Shown piece after piece: positions 1 through 9,936 of a stretch of DNA of 64,000 nucleotides. The stretch is from a virus, in the IMG/VR virus record IMGVR_UViG_3300028578_000003, positions 1 through 64,000 of that record, one strand, 5' to 3'. Both the position numbers and the translations under genes were made by a program. Within the stretch, counting starts at the first letter, position 1; the number at the start of each line of letters is the position of its first letter. The notes under the pieces are model-generated. The model was not told the origin of the DNA. It saw only the letters and a program-made list of their open reading frames with translations, and ran no database searches.

Positions 1-33
1 GTGACGGTTGCGCGGTTTAGGGGGCGTGTTGTG

Positions 34-750
34 TCAGCGTCGCTTCTGCCGCGCTTTCGCGATCCGAGCCATCAGCAACGCCCGCTCGCCCTCGTCGAGC
101 CGACCGGCCGGCAGCTGCAGCTGCTCCGACCGAACGGTCGGCGGCCGCCGCCGCGGCGGCGCCCCACGATCCGGCGCAGGTTTCGCCGGCGGCTCCGGTT
201 CGACCGGTGCGGGCATGCCCGGCAGTTCATGCTGGCCAGGCTGTTGGCCCGGCGGCACGACGACACCGTCGTCCTCGACCACCTCGCAGCCCCGCTTGTC
301 GGCCCAGCAGATCCTCAACCGCACCGGCCGGGGCGTGTACGGCTCGTAGAACCAGGCGATCCCGTACCCGGTCGCCTTGGACAGCAGCCGCACCTGGTCG
401 GCGTTCGGTAGGCGCGGGTCGTTCTTGTCCTCCCACGCGTCGACGTCACCGACTGGGTTGCCCTCGAAGGTGCCGACCGCCAGATCCACCTCCGGGCCGT
501 CCCAGTCCCCCAGGGCGAGGGTGATCCGCTCCGGCACCGGCGTACCCGTGGCGAGCAGCCGCTCCGCCTCCTGCTGCGCGGCCGCGACCGCGTACCGCTC
601 CCGAGCGTCGGCGTTCTGCTCCACGGCCAGGTCGCGGGCCTCCGGCCGGGCCGCGCGCACCCGCTGGTGGACGCGGCGGTCCGGACCGTCGCCGGCCGAG
701 CCTGGCCGTGGACGGCGGGGCTCGAACGGCACGACCCGGTCGCCGCTCAT
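34..750 (-). CDS. Hypothetical protein, possible XRE-like HTH segment
   Basis: ATGA overlap with the upstream ORF stop at 747-750; motif VDAWE..PNADQVRLLSKATGYGIAWF resembles XRE HTH. Confidence 0.5.
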   Translation of the reverse strand: MSGDRVVPFEPRRPRPGSAGDGPDRRVHQRVRAARPEARDLAVEQNADARERYAVAAAQQEAERLLATGTPVPERITLALGDWDGPEVDLAVGTFEGNPVGDVDAWEDKNDPRLPNADQVRLLSKATGYGIAWFYEPYTPRPVRLRICWADKRGCEVVEDDGVVVPPGQQPGQHELPGMPAPVEPEPPAKPAPDRGAPPRRRPPTVRSEQLQLPAGRLDEGERALLMARIAKARQKRR

Positions 751-1103
751 CGCGTGCCGGTGTGGAAGTGCCCCGACTTCGACCGGGGGCATGGATACGC
801 GCGTCGCGGCTTCCCGTCGAGCGCCTCCAGCTCGCGGGCGCACGCCTTGGCGTGCGCCTCGTCGAGCAGGATGACCTTGTAGTCGTTGCCCGACACCTGC
901 ATCTTCTTCGCCCCGACCACCACCGGGTCGGGCGTTGTCGCCCGACGTGCCCTCTCCGGCCGGGACGGGCCGCACTTGATCGGTACGCCGTGGTCGTCGA
1001 GCCGGGCGTGCCGGGCGACGATCGCGCGGATCCGCTGGCCCAGATCGGTCGGCTTCCGCTCGGCGGGCCGCCGCCGTAGCGCGCGGGCCCGCTGGCTACC
1101 CAT
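747..1103 (-). CDS. Hypothetical protein
   Basis: Overlaps neighbours in a coupled operon; ends RAYPCPRSKSGHFH. Confidence 0.6.
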   Translation of the reverse strand: MGSQRARALRRRPAERKPTDLGQRIRAIVARHARLDDHGVPIKCGPSRPERARRATTPDPVVVGAKKMQVSGNDYKVILLDEAHAKACARELEALDGKPRRAYPCPRSKSGHFHTGTR

Positions 1104-1521
1104 TGACGATCACCTCCGCTGTTCCCATCGCCCACCGGCGGTAGCCGCCACGCAGCAGCCGCAGCCGGTTCACCACCAGCGGGTACGAGGCCAACGCCGC
1201 CTCGGTGTCCAGCAACTCGTTCAGCCGCCGGTAGAAGCTCATCTCGGACAAGCCCAGCTCCCGGATCCGGTTGCTCATCTCCCCCGCCCCGCGGGGCGGG
1301 GTCGCCGCCAACTCCAGGATCGCGTCGTCCAACTCGGACAACCCGACGGTGACCGCCTCGACACGCAGAATCCGCGCCTGCGCGTAGTCGGCGGCGTCGG
1401 CGCGCCACCGCCGGCCAGCCAGGTCGAACTCGCCGCCGCCCTCCGGGTGGTCGAACGATGCCCAGCCGACGAGGCGGCCGCTGGCACGGTCGACCACCCG
1501 GGCGAGGAACACCCCACTCAC
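1096..1521 (-). CDS. DUF3263 domain protein
   Basis: LSELDDAILEL...IRELGLSEMSFYRRLNELLDTEAALASYPLVVNRLRLLR matches the actinobacterial DUF3263 pattern. Confidence 0.75.
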   Translation of the reverse strand: MSGVFLARVVDRASGRLVGWASFDHPEGGGEFDLAGRRWRADAADYAQARILRVEAVTVGLSELDDAILELAATPPRGAGEMSNRIRELGLSEMSFYRRLNELLDTEAALASYPLVVNRLRLLRGGYRRWAMGTAEVIVNG

Positions 1522-2000
1522 TTCGTGACCTGCTTGGCCATCTTGTGGATCTGCGAGAGCGCCGCCTCGGCGGCGTCGGGGTCGTTGAAGTTCGCGCGGT
1601 ACGCGATGTCGCCGATCCGATCGAGCAGCGCGCGCAACTCGGCAACCGGGTCCTGCCCACCGTCGTCGCAGACCGTGCGAAGCGTGGCCAGGGCGACGGC
1701 GAACGCCTCCTCGACGTTGTGCCGGGGCGGGGAGGACAGCAGCAACTTCTTGTCCAGGACCGCTTTGGCTGCGTCGACCGCCAACCGGTGCGCCTGCCCG
1801 TACGTAACCGCGGCCGGGCAGCCATCTCGGGTGAGATGGTCGCGGACCGCTGCCGCCAGAGTCGGCCAGGTGTCGCCGGCCGCGATCGTGTGGATCCGCT
1901 CACCCAACTCGGCGTCCCGATCGACGGCGAAGCACGACAGCCAGTACGCGTCGCCGTCGTAGTCCACAATGATGGGTGAGGCAAGGGGTCGGTCAGGCAC
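1518..2000 (-). CDS. Hypothetical protein
   Basis: GTG start overlapping the upstream stop; 4-nt overlap downstream. Confidence 0.55.
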   Translation of the reverse strand: MPDRPLASPIIVDYDGDAYWLSCFAVDRDAELGERIHTIAAGDTWPTLAAAVRDHLTRDGCPAAVTYGQAHRLAVDAAKAVLDKKLLLSSPPRHNVEEAFAVALATLRTVCDDGGQDPVAELRALLDRIGDIAYRANFNDPDAAEAALSQIHKMAKQVTK

Positions 2001-2634
2001 GGTCGGATGCCTCCATCTCTTTGATCTCTTGGTTGGTCCAGCGGCGGTTCCAGGCGTCCCAGCCGGCGCAGATGAAGCCGACTCGGCCGTTGGCGCGGAA
2101 CGGCAGGCCGCGCACGAACAGGGCGTGGTAGTCGGACGGGTGGGCGGCGATGACCCGACCATCCGGGTGCCGCCAGCGGGCGGGCCGGCGCATCCCCTCG
2201 TGACAGAAGAACACGTCGCCGCCCAGCGGCATCTCCCGCAGCAACTCGGCCTCGACGCTCCGCATCTCGGCGGAGCCGGGCCGGTACGCGCAGCCGCCGT
2301 CGCGGTCGTTCTCGTCGGGTGCGCACATTCCGCCCGGCCTGACCTGGATCTCTGCGGCTGCGGCGGGCATCACTGGCTCGCCCTGCTCGATGTCGTACTC
2401 CGGCTCCCAGCAGATGCAGTGCGCCGGGCCTTTGACTACCTCGCCCCAGCAGCAGCCGCGGATCTCCTGGTCATCCGGGTGCAGGCGCACCCAGCCGATC
2501 GCCCCACCGCAAGTCGGGCCATCCCCAGCCGCCATCTCGTGGATGACCTTGGGGATCTGGTCGTCGGGGACGCCGAGCGCGCGTGCCTGGTTGAGCAGCC
2601 GCTGGATCGCACGGCGCTCCAGCTCATTGGGCAT
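1993..2634 (-). CDS. Cys-rich hypothetical protein
   Basis: CC/CxC/FFCH motifs; operon packing; start uncertain. Confidence 0.55.
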   Translation of the reverse strand: MPNELERRAIQRLLNQARALGVPDDQIPKVIHEMAAGDGPTCGGAIGWVRLHPDDQEIRGCCWGEVVKGPAHCICWEPEYDIEQGEPVMPAAAAEIQVRPGGMCAPDENDRDGGCAYRPGSAEMRSVEAELLREMPLGGDVFFCHEGMRRPARWRHPDGRVIAAHPSDYHALFVRGLPFRANGRVGFICAGWDAWNRRWTNQEIKEMEASDRA

Positions 2635-2675
2635 GGACCAGCTCCAGCCGCGCAGACCCGAGGTACACATAGGAC

Positions 2676-3143
2676 TCAGCCATCGCTGTGTCCCAGGATC
2701 TCGCGGATCCGCGGCTCGTGCCGCTCCACCGCCGCGCAGACCTCGCCCATGTCGTACCGGTCGACCTCGTCGCCGGCGATGACGCGCCACTGGCGGTAGA
2801 CGGCGTACAGCAACCGGATGACCTGCTCCCGGTCGCCGAGCAGCCCAGCCGTGACCTCACCCAGGCGGACCGCCTGATCGGCCGGCAGCCCGGTTAGGTC
2901 AAACCCTCTCAGCTCCCGCAGCGCCCGGGCCCGGATGTGCTCCACCACGGCGCGGGCCTGGACGGTCTCCAGCAGCTCGCCCGCGAACCGTGAGCCGGGC
3001 CCGGCACCCTCACGCTCGTAGTTGATCTGAATCTGCCGCAACAGCTCCGCGATACCCCGAACCTGCGGGTCGGGGTCGGCCGCCGCCGGCGGCGACGGCA
3101 GGATCCGCACGGTCTTCCTCTGCTCCGACTCAGCCATCGGCAA
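2676..3143 (-). CDS. Hypothetical protein
   Basis: ORF with protein-like composition in the leftward operon. Confidence 0.6.
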   Translation of the reverse strand: MPMAESEQRKTVRILPSPPAAADPDPQVRGIAELLRQIQINYEREGAGPGSRFAGELLETVQARAVVEHIRARALRELRGFDLTGLPADQAVRLGEVTAGLLGDREQVIRLLYAVYRQWRVIAGDEVDRYDMGEVCAAVERHEPRIREILGHSDG

Positions 3144-3172
3144 TCATCTTCTTTCGGATCCCGTCACGTCTG

Positions 3173-3529
3173 TCAGACATTGGTGTTGGCCTCGCCGAGG
3201 TCACGGCCGCGCCACTCACCAACGCGTTTCCAGGCCAGCTGGGCAGCCGCGCGGGTCGAGGTGTCGTAGCCGTGGCAGCGACACACGCCGACCTGGTGGC
3301 CGATGACACCGATCAAGTTGCACTCCGCGTGGATCGGTTCGGGGCGGCCCTCGAGCGGACCGCCGGGCACCTTCCGCATTGTGATGTGAATTAGGCCGCG
3401 GTCGCCTTCGACGATCGGTTCAGCGCATTGCAGGCATGGCTGACCGACCGGCGTAGGCGCCTGGTCGGCGCGATCGAGCAGCGGGGCGTCCCACCACGGT
3501 CCAAAGTAGACGGTGTTACCCACCGGCAC
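3173..3529 (-). CDS. Hypothetical protein with CxxC...HxxC
   Basis: CLQC and HAEC motifs; start uncertain. Confidence 0.5.
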   Translation of the reverse strand: MPVGNTVYFGPWWDAPLLDRADQAPTPVGQPCLQCAEPIVEGDRGLIHITMRKVPGGPLEGRPEPIHAECNLIGVIGHQVGVCRCHGYDTSTRAAAQLAWKRVGEWRGRDLGEANTNV

Positions 3530-3717
3530 CACCCACCGGCAGTGGCGTGACCACATAGCCTATCTCGATCGCCTTCGGCTCGTGGTGCTCGCAGATTCCC
3601 ACCTCTGCGCCCCCATGCTGGATCGTCCCCACAGCAGGTAACCCGCATCGGATGTTGAACCAGCCTTCGATGACCCGGCAGTGAAGGCGGGTGGAGACCT
3701 CAACGCTGGCAGGCGGA

Positions 3718-4338
3718 TCAGGACGACCCACGGCTATCACGGCCTTCCCGGTCACCGCGCTCACCAAACGCTGGCCTTGGCAGCACAGCATGCTCGCCAG
3801 GGCAGCCGCCGGAATGGAGTCGGATCACGTCGCTGGCCGCGTCCTGCGTTGCGTAGGTCTGGTCAGGCGGGATCGCGTCGACTGAGCAGTTGATCAGCCA
3901 CCGGCTAGGCGGGTCGGCCTGAGCCTCAACCAGACCGTCGCGGGCCCGGTCTTCGGGAGCGACGTGTTCGAGGCCAACGGCGACATCACTGAGGTAGTGG
4001 CGCACGGTGGCGGCGTACGTCATGTCGTCGTCGATGTCGTTCAGCCGGTCGCAGTTGAGCCGATACCAGGTGACGAACCGCTCGTCGTCTTCCAGCAGCT
4101 TGGCCGCGGCGAGCAGCGGGCTCGTCGAGGCGGCGGCCGGCACGTGCGCGTGGTCGGGAAGCCTGACCTGCTCGGGGTTGCGGCGCTGCCATCTGGCCAT
4201 CTCCTCGAAGGCCAGGCGGACCTGCTCGGCCTGCTCGGTCAGTCCGTGGCGGCGGCAGTCGCGCCGGTAGTAGTCGACCGTTCCGGGCGCGAGGGCGTCC
4301 TTGCCCTTGAGGACGAACACCGGCATCGGGTCACCCAT
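3718..4338 (-). CDS. Hypothetical phage protein
   Basis: MPVFVLKGKDALAP N-terminus typical of small phage proteins; start overlaps the upstream stop. Confidence 0.55.
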   Translation of the reverse strand: MGDPMPVFVLKGKDALAPGTVDYYRRDCRRHGLTEQAEQVRLAFEEMARWQRRNPEQVRLPDHAHVPAAASTSPLLAAAKLLEDDERFVTWYRLNCDRLNDIDDDMTYAATVRHYLSDVAVGLEHVAPEDRARDGLVEAQADPPSRWLINCSVDAIPPDQTYATQDAASDVIRLHSGGCPGEHAVLPRPAFGERGDREGRDSRGSS

Positions 4339-4945
4339 TGCTATTCGGTTCCTTCTGGTGGCGCTTCGCCTGTCCGGACTCGGCCACGAAGTTGCACCTG
4401 CGACCGCTCGTGCCATGGCTGGCACGCTCGCCGCAGCGGAAGGTGACGCCGTCCGCGTTCGCGACCCGGATCTGGCAGCGGAGACGGTCAGTGCCGGGCA
4501 CGTGGTCGCCGATACCAGGGGCGTCGGCAAGGAACATCAGACCCTGAGCAAGGGACGACTCGGCGTCCAGGACCGCGACCACCGCCCGCGTCGACCATCG
4601 CGTTGAGGACTCAAACAACTCGGCGTAGCCGTCATTACCCTCACCCCATGTTGGTCCGCGGCGGCGGCCGACGACAGAGCCGGGGTCGCCGATCGCCTGC
4701 GCGATGCGGTCCTCGCGCGATCTGGTGTCCAGCGGGCAGCGGGCGCCGTGCAGGCGCTTCGTCTCTGGCCTTACTTCCAGGTCGCACGGGCAGACCAGTG
4801 TCTTTGTCATCGGTTGGTGTCCCTCTTCGACCTGATCACCGGACCTCGCTTCGCGAGCCTCTCGGCGCTGCTGCGCCCTGGTCTGCCAGTTGGTCAGGGC
4901 GGTCGATGCGTAGCCGTCGCGCGGCAGTTCCTGAGGCTTGGTCAT
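4331..4945 (-). CDS. Hypothetical protein
   Basis: ORF in the leftward operon; alternative start at 4810. Confidence 0.45.
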   Translation of the reverse strand: MTKPQELPRDGYASTALTNWQTRAQQRREAREARSGDQVEEGHQPMTKTLVCPCDLEVRPETKRLHGARCPLDTRSREDRIAQAIGDPGSVVGRRRGPTWGEGNDGYAELFESSTRWSTRAVVAVLDAESSLAQGLMFLADAPGIGDHVPGTDRLRCQIRVANADGVTFRCGERASHGTSGRRCNFVAESGQAKRHQKEPNSNG

Positions 4946-4987
4946 CTGTCCGTAATCCTTCTCTGGCCACTCGATGTTCCACGGGTG

Positions 4988-5272
4988 TCACCGCCGCCGT
5001 GCCGGCCGGGGTCGTACCAGCCACGCTCGACCGCCCACCCCCACGACCCAGCCGGCCGCAAGGTCCCACTCGCAACCCTCGTCGGTCTTGTTGCGGCTGC
5101 GCCACTCGCGCGCCTCGGAGAGGAACGCCTCGTTCATCTTGCGCACGGCGTGGTCCAACGCCAGGTCCACGGCGGCGGCGAGCGCTCGGACCCCGACCGT
5201 GGCAACACCGCGGGCGTGACACTCTGCGGTGATGCGCTCGATCAGGCCGACTCGGTCGTCTGCGCTACTCAT
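4988..5272 (-). CDS. Hypothetical protein
   Basis: ATGA coupling with the upstream ORF. Confidence 0.5.
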   Translation of the reverse strand: MSSADDRVGLIERITAECHARGVATVGVRALAAAVDLALDHAVRKMNEAFLSEAREWRSRNKTDEGCEWDLAAGWVVGVGGRAWLVRPRPARRR

Positions 5273-5859
5273 CGGTGTCGCCCCTTCGCTGGCTGACGCC
5301 GCGCCGGCCGGCGCGGTGTGGGCGGCCTGCTGACATCGCGGCGGAGCTGGCACACCGCCTGCTCGGCGTCGATGATCGCGAGCAGGGCGGACATGTCGAG
5401 CGGGACCGGCACGTGTGCGTCCACCTCGGTGTCCTGGCAAACTTCTGGCCAGCGCGCAGGATCGCCATCGCGACTGAGCCAGTCGACGCCGACCGGGCGT
5501 GCGTCCTCCGGCCGCATCCAGATCTCGACCCGCTCCAGCTCCCACTTGTTGAGCGGGCGCAGCCGGCCGTAAACCCGTGCTTTGTCGCGGTAGTTCCCAT
5601 CCGGCACGGCCATGCCGAACTTGGTGCCGGCCGGGAGGTCACCGGCCCGGTACGTGTACGAGGTCCACAGCACGCACCGCTCGTCGGCCATCACCCGCAG
5701 GAGCGGGTCGGCTGCGGCGTGGTCCCGGAGCACGTCCCACGCCGCCTCCCACATTGCGTCCTCAACATCGCGAGTGAGTCGATCGAGACCGGGGTACTCG
5801 TCGTTCACACCGACATGGGCCAGCCACGATTCGCCGGCGGTGGGGCCGAGGAATCCCAT
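5269..5859 (-). CDS. Hypothetical protein
   Basis: Protein-like ORF with GAGGG RBS upstream. Confidence 0.55.
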   Translation of the reverse strand: MGFLGPTAGESWLAHVGVNDEYPGLDRLTRDVEDAMWEAAWDVLRDHAAADPLLRVMADERCVLWTSYTYRAGDLPAGTKFGMAVPDGNYRDKARVYGRLRPLNKWELERVEIWMRPEDARPVGVDWLSRDGDPARWPEVCQDTEVDAHVPVPLDMSALLAIIDAEQAVCQLRRDVSRPPTPRRPARRQPAKGRHR

Positions 5860-5896
5860 CAGGCGGCCCTCATCTGCTCGCGGGTGGGTAGCTGTG

Positions 5897-6529
5897 TCAT
5901 CGGTTGGTAGCCCTCGCCATCTGCTCACCGGGACGCTCGCTCAGCGTCCGGCCACCGTGCTGGTAGGGCCGGGTGCGGTTGTAGGCGATCTTCCGGACGT
6001 ACTCGGCGGTGAGGTTGACACTGAACCGCTCGGCGACGGTGACGAGCGCGCGGAGCATGAATGGCCCGTGCCGGGTCTGCCAGAATCGGTCGACGCACCG
6101 GTGCAGCCAGGCGATGAAGTCGCCGAATGTCTCCAGATCTTCCGGCGTGTCGATCGTCTCCGAGTCCACCGGGGCTACGTCGGCCAGCTCCAGGTCCATG
6201 TCGAAGAGGATGATCTCGTAGAGGTCGCACATGTCGAGCAGGCGTATCAGGACGTCAGCGAATTCGCTGCCTACGCCCTCTGGCTTGCCGGGACGCCACC
6301 CCTGCTGCTGGTAGTTGCCCATGTGGTCTTCTTCGGCGGCGTATAGCGGCGTGGCCGGCCCGGTGACGTCGGCGAGCCGGTGGTCCCGGTACGCCTCCAA
6401 CGCCTCGCCCAGCTCGCTGTGCAGCAGGGCGATGTAGTCGCCGAACGTGTTGCCGCCCGTGCGCCAGCCGAGCGCCGTGTTGACGTCGCGGACCTCTGCG
6501 GTCATCGCCCTCAGTGTCGTGTTGGTCAT
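5897..6529 (-). CDS. MazG-like nucleotide pyrophosphohydrolase
   Basis: IALLHSELGEALEAYR...GVGSEFADVLIRLLD and KIAYNRTRPYQHGG motifs. Confidence 0.85.
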   Translation of the reverse strand: MTNTTLRAMTAEVRDVNTALGWRTGGNTFGDYIALLHSELGEALEAYRDHRLADVTGPATPLYAAEEDHMGNYQQQGWRPGKPEGVGSEFADVLIRLLDMCDLYEIILFDMDLELADVAPVDSETIDTPEDLETFGDFIAWLHRCVDRFWQTRHGPFMLRALVTVAERFSVNLTAEYVRKIAYNRTRPYQHGGRTLSERPGEQMARATNR

Positions 6530-7008
6530 CGGTTGGTGTCCCTTCCGCCTTGAGCGGGGCTCTGGTCGTCGATCGTGGCTAGCGCCGCGAGTACCTCGCT
6601 GAGCTCGGCGACCACCTGGGCGTCGGTGTAGGTGTCGGTGCGGCGAAGGTCCATGAACCCTTGAATTAGGCCGATCGCGGCGGCGTACGCGCCTGGCACT
6701 CGCGCGGCGGCGCCGCGCAAGCTCGCTGCGTACAGGTCGGCGTTGGTCACCGGCCGGGGTGCCGGTGGCGCCTCGATCGCCCGCTGTCTTTGGAAGTCCC
6801 AGCCAGCGCCGCAGCGTTCACCGTTCGCTGGGTTGTCTGCCCGGTATGGCCACAGACCGGTCGTGTCGCGCAACGTGTTGATGGCCGCGTGCTCCGCGCA
6901 TAGCCACACATCCCCGTCGAGCGACTTGTTGCCCTGGCTGAACAACTCGAACCGGAAGCTAGCGGGCATCCCGCAGCCCGGCAGGGTCAGCAGTGGAGGC
7001 TCGTTCAT
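6526..7008 (-). CDS. Hypothetical protein
   Basis: Translationally coupled on both sides. Confidence 0.55.
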   Translation of the reverse strand: MNEPPLLTLPGCGMPASFRFELFSQGNKSLDGDVWLCAEHAAINTLRDTTGLWPYRADNPANGERCGAGWDFQRQRAIEAPPAPRPVTNADLYAASLRGAAARVPGAYAAAIGLIQGFMDLRRTDTYTDAQVVAELSEVLAALATIDDQSPAQGGRDTNR

Positions 7009-7490
7009 TTGTCCCGTGTCCTGTCGTTGGTGGTCCCCCGCCACGTCGCGGCTTCCGCGCGGAGTTGGTCCGGGTGCGGGAGCGCGGTCATGGCCCGGGC
7101 GAAGCGCGACGCGGCGAGGTGTTCGGCCTGCCGTTCCATGTGGTCGGCGATCCGCAGTGCCAGCGTGAATCGCTCGGCGCGGGCCGGCGACTGGTTGACC
7201 CGCTCGGTCAGCTCGATGAGGCGGTCGTGGTGGTAGTCCACGGCGGCGTAGTGATGCCAGGGGTTGAGCAGTTGGGGGAATCTGGCGAGTGCGAGGATGC
7301 CGAGCACGCTGACGGCCGCCCCCGCGAGGAGTGTGACCGCCTCGGCGGCGGTCATGCGGTCGTTGGTGCTGCCGAACACGGCCGACAGGGCAGCGGTGAG
7401 GATGAGCAGCGCGGCGCTCAGTGCTGCCACGACGAGCTGGTGGTCCACCGGCTTGCCGTCCAGTGGGTGGTCTGCTGGCTTGTGTTTCAC
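7005..7490 (-). CDS. Membrane protein (two TM helices)
   Basis: Two hydrophobic stretches, LVVAALSAALLILTAALSAVF and AVTLLAGAAVSVLGILALA. Confidence 0.65.
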   Translation of the reverse strand: MKHKPADHPLDGKPVDHQLVVAALSAALLILTAALSAVFGSTNDRMTAAEAVTLLAGAAVSVLGILALARFPQLLNPWHHYAAVDYHHDRLIELTERVNQSPARAERFTLALRIADHMERQAEHLAASRFARAMTALPHPDQLRAEAATWRGTTNDRTRDK

Positions 7491-7801
7491 GGCGTCTCCT
7501 GCAGGGGGCTTCTTGGGGGGTGTGCGAGGGGTCGCCAGCGGGCGAGCGAGTGCACCAGTTCTTCGGACGCGCCGGCGAGGTGGGTGGCGTCCAGCGCGGC
7601 CGCCGCGAGGTCGGGCCGGTCGAGGCCGAAGGCGATCAGGCGGGCGCCGAGCGCGAGCAGGCCGGCGAGCGTGCCATTTTCCTCGTGGCTGATCTGGTGG
7701 TCCGCGATGAAGCCGGCGTCGAACGGGTCGCAGCCTTTGTCCATCTCGTCGGCGGCGGCGGTGAGTAGTGCGGTCAGGCGCGCGTCCATGACTCCCGGCA
7801 T
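7487..7801 (-). CDS. Hypothetical protein
   Basis: First gene of this leftward block; GTGA overlap. Confidence 0.55.
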   Translation of the reverse strand: MPGVMDARLTALLTAAADEMDKGCDPFDAGFIADHQISHEENGTLAGLLALGARLIAFGLDRPDLAAAALDATHLAGASEELVHSLARWRPLAHPPRSPLQETP

Positions 7802-8049
7802 GCCCGCAAGCGTACCGTGTATGCGTTACCGGGGTCCAGAAAGTCTGCTACACGGAGACGTGTTTCTCCGCGAACCGGTCACGCGATTCGTAGGGCTATG
7901 GACAGAATGCGGGGGTTGCACAGATTGCCCGGGTTCCCGTGCCCGCTTGGTCGTCACCTCGAGGCTGGGCAGACGGGGGTCAGCGCGGGAGGCGCGCAGG
8001 CCCCGGCGGGAGGACGCGTGAGTGCCCCGGGCCGAGCATGGAGGCCACC

Positions 8050-8730
8050 GTGTACCGCACCATCCCGCGCCGCGCCGCGATCGCCGCCGGCGCCGTGCTA
8101 CTGGTCCTGACCAGCGCGACCGCCGACCCGACCAACCCGTCAACACCCCAACCCACGCCGGCCGCCGCCGACACGACCGAGCCCGCCACCACCCCACTAG
8201 ACTTCGCCTTCCTCGCCGCCCGCGCGGAGCTCGCCGCGAAGCCACGCGCGTCCCGGCGCACGACACAGACCCGCCGACCCGCCGCCCGGGCGGCCCGCCC
8301 GCACATTGCGAAGCCTCGTAGCCGGCCCGCCACCACCCGCTCGGCGGCCACCCGGGACACCGGAGGCGATCGCCGCCACGAAGCGGCGCCACGCCGCGGC
8401 GTCGCCGCGGTGCTCGCGTTCGCCCGCGCCCAGATCGGCGACCCGTACGTCCGCAACGCGGCCGGACCCGACGCCTGGGACTGCTCCGGGCTGACGATGA
8501 AGGCCTACGGCCGCGCTGGGCTGAGCTTGCCGCACAAGGCGGCCAGACAGGGCGTCATGGGCCGGCCGGTAGCTCGAGGCGCCGCCCGGGCCGGCGACCT
8601 GGTCGTGTGGGGCACCTACCACGTCGGCATCTACGTCGGAGACGGCAAGGTGCTGCACTCGCCTCAACCGGGCCGGCGGGTCCAGATCGCGTCGATCTGG
8701 GGAAGCCCACGGTTCCGGCGACTGCTCTGA
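8050..8730 (+). CDS. Secreted NlpC/P60 peptidoglycan endopeptidase
   Basis: Signal peptide; AQIGDPY...GPDAWDCSGL...GDLV..HVGIYVGDGKVLH catalytic Cys/His; GGAGG RBS. Confidence 0.92.
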   Translation: MYRTIPRRAAIAAGAVLLVLTSATADPTNPSTPQPTPAAADTTEPATTPLDFAFLAARAELAAKPRASRRTTQTRRPAARAARPHIAKPRSRPATTRSAATRDTGGDRRHEAAPRRGVAAVLAFARAQIGDPYVRNAAGPDAWDCSGLTMKAYGRAGLSLPHKAARQGVMGRPVARGAARAGDLVVWGTYHVGIYVGDGKVLHSPQPGRRVQIASIWGSPRFRRLL

Positions 8731-8735
8731 AGTAC

Positions 8736-8777
8736 GCGCGGCGCCGCGCCCCTCTCTTGGTAGGGCGCGGCGCCGCG
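8736..8777 (+). terminator. GC-rich hairpin after NlpC/P60, probably a terminator
   Basis: cgcggcgccgcgccc...gggcgcggcgccgcg inverted repeat between convergent genes. Confidence 0.55.
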
Positions 8778-8845
8778 TTCAGCGCACTTTCCTGAGGTGG
8801 CTCGCTCGCCCAGCACGGACGCACCGACGGGGCCCGAGCTGCCGC

Positions 8846-9163
8846 TCATTCCTCGGTCCAGCCCATGTCCGCCCACCTGGCGAATGGGTGCGCCGCTGGC
8901 GGGTTCGGGAGACGTCGGGACAGTCGGCGGGTACGGCGGGTGCCGGCCGCCCACCTCGACGAGCGGGTGCGTGCGGCCGCCGGCGTTGGCGGCCGCGGCG
9001 GGTCCAGCTGCGGCCCGATGTACATGGCGCCGGCGGGCGCCAGATAGCGGTGCTCATCGAGCGTGGCGGCGGCGCGCCGGGCGGTCATGAACTGCGCGTG
9101 GGTCAGGCCCCTGATGTCCAGCGCCTGTACACCGCAGCCGCCCGGGGTGTGATAGTCGCGCAT
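8846..9163 (-). CDS. Hypothetical protein
   Basis: GGGGGAG RBS upstream; short ORF. Confidence 0.35.
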   Translation of the reverse strand: MRDYHTPGGCGVQALDIRGLTHAQFMTARRAAATLDEHRYLAPAGAMYIGPQLDPPRPPTPAAARTRSSRWAAGTRRTRRLSRRLPNPPAAHPFARWADMGWTEE

Positions 9164-9167
9164 CCCG

Positions 9168-9617
9168 CTACTCCCCCGCCTCGAAGGGCCCCGGGTCGTC
9201 GGAGTCCGCGACCGGGCTGGAAGTGATCGAGGCGGATCGGCGTTCCTCGCAGGCGTACGCGTTCGCGCAGACCAGCACCCAGGCGGGCCGGTGGCGGCAC
9301 TGCTCGACGCGGGGGCCGCGCAGTACGCCGCCGCTGGATTCGAGGATCGCGTTCACCGTGCGCAGACCTGAGCCGATCTGGTCTTCCGGGTATGGATGGC
9401 TGCACGCGCAGCAGCAGCGGCCGTTGCTTTCCACGGTCACCCACAGGTTCGCGCCGCCGTCGACGACCTTGGCGTTGGTGACCGTGCCCCTGCACAGGTC
9501 TGCGTCGCCGATGCTGACGTTCAGTTCGGCGCCGAGCAGTCCGGCCGCGTCGTCGTCGGTGAGGGGGCGGGCGCCGGGTATCCGGAACGCTGAGCGTTGG
9601 TAGTCAGTCACGGTCAT
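9168..9617 (-). CDS. Hypothetical protein
   Basis: Coupled ORF with Cys motifs. Confidence 0.55.
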   Translation of the reverse strand: MTVTDYQRSAFRIPGARPLTDDDAAGLLGAELNVSIGDADLCRGTVTNAKVVDGGANLWVTVESNGRCCCACSHPYPEDQIGSGLRTVNAILESSGGVLRGPRVEQCRHRPAWVLVCANAYACEERRSASITSSPVADSDDPGPFEAGE

Positions 9618-9936
9618 CGGCCACGACCTGCTGGATGGCGTAGCCGGGCAGGCCCAGCCCGAAGTCCGGATCCGCCGACGCCGGGCGCAGCGGTGCGAGC
9701 ATTGTCCGCTCGTCCGGTGACACCATCGGGTGGGCGTACGACATGCCGGCGCGCAGGCCGTTCCAGCGGAACGACTCGCCGCAGCCTTGCGGCGCCGCGA
9801 CGCAGTTCACGGTGACCTCGGCAACGAACGCGATCGGCGGCCCGTCTTCCTCCCCGAGGATCCGACCTATCTGTACGACCGCGTCGAAGTTCTCGTGTGG
9901 GCATGGGCGGTCTAAGTCAACGTTGGATTCGGCCAC
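9604..9936 (-). CDS. Hypothetical protein
   Basis: Protein-like ORF with GAGG RBS. Confidence 0.6.
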   Translation of the reverse strand: MAESNVDLDRPCPHENFDAVVQIGRILGEEDGPPIAFVAEVTVNCVAAPQGCGESFRWNGLRAGMSYAHPMVSPDERTMLAPLRPASADPDFGLGLPGYAIQQVVADDRD

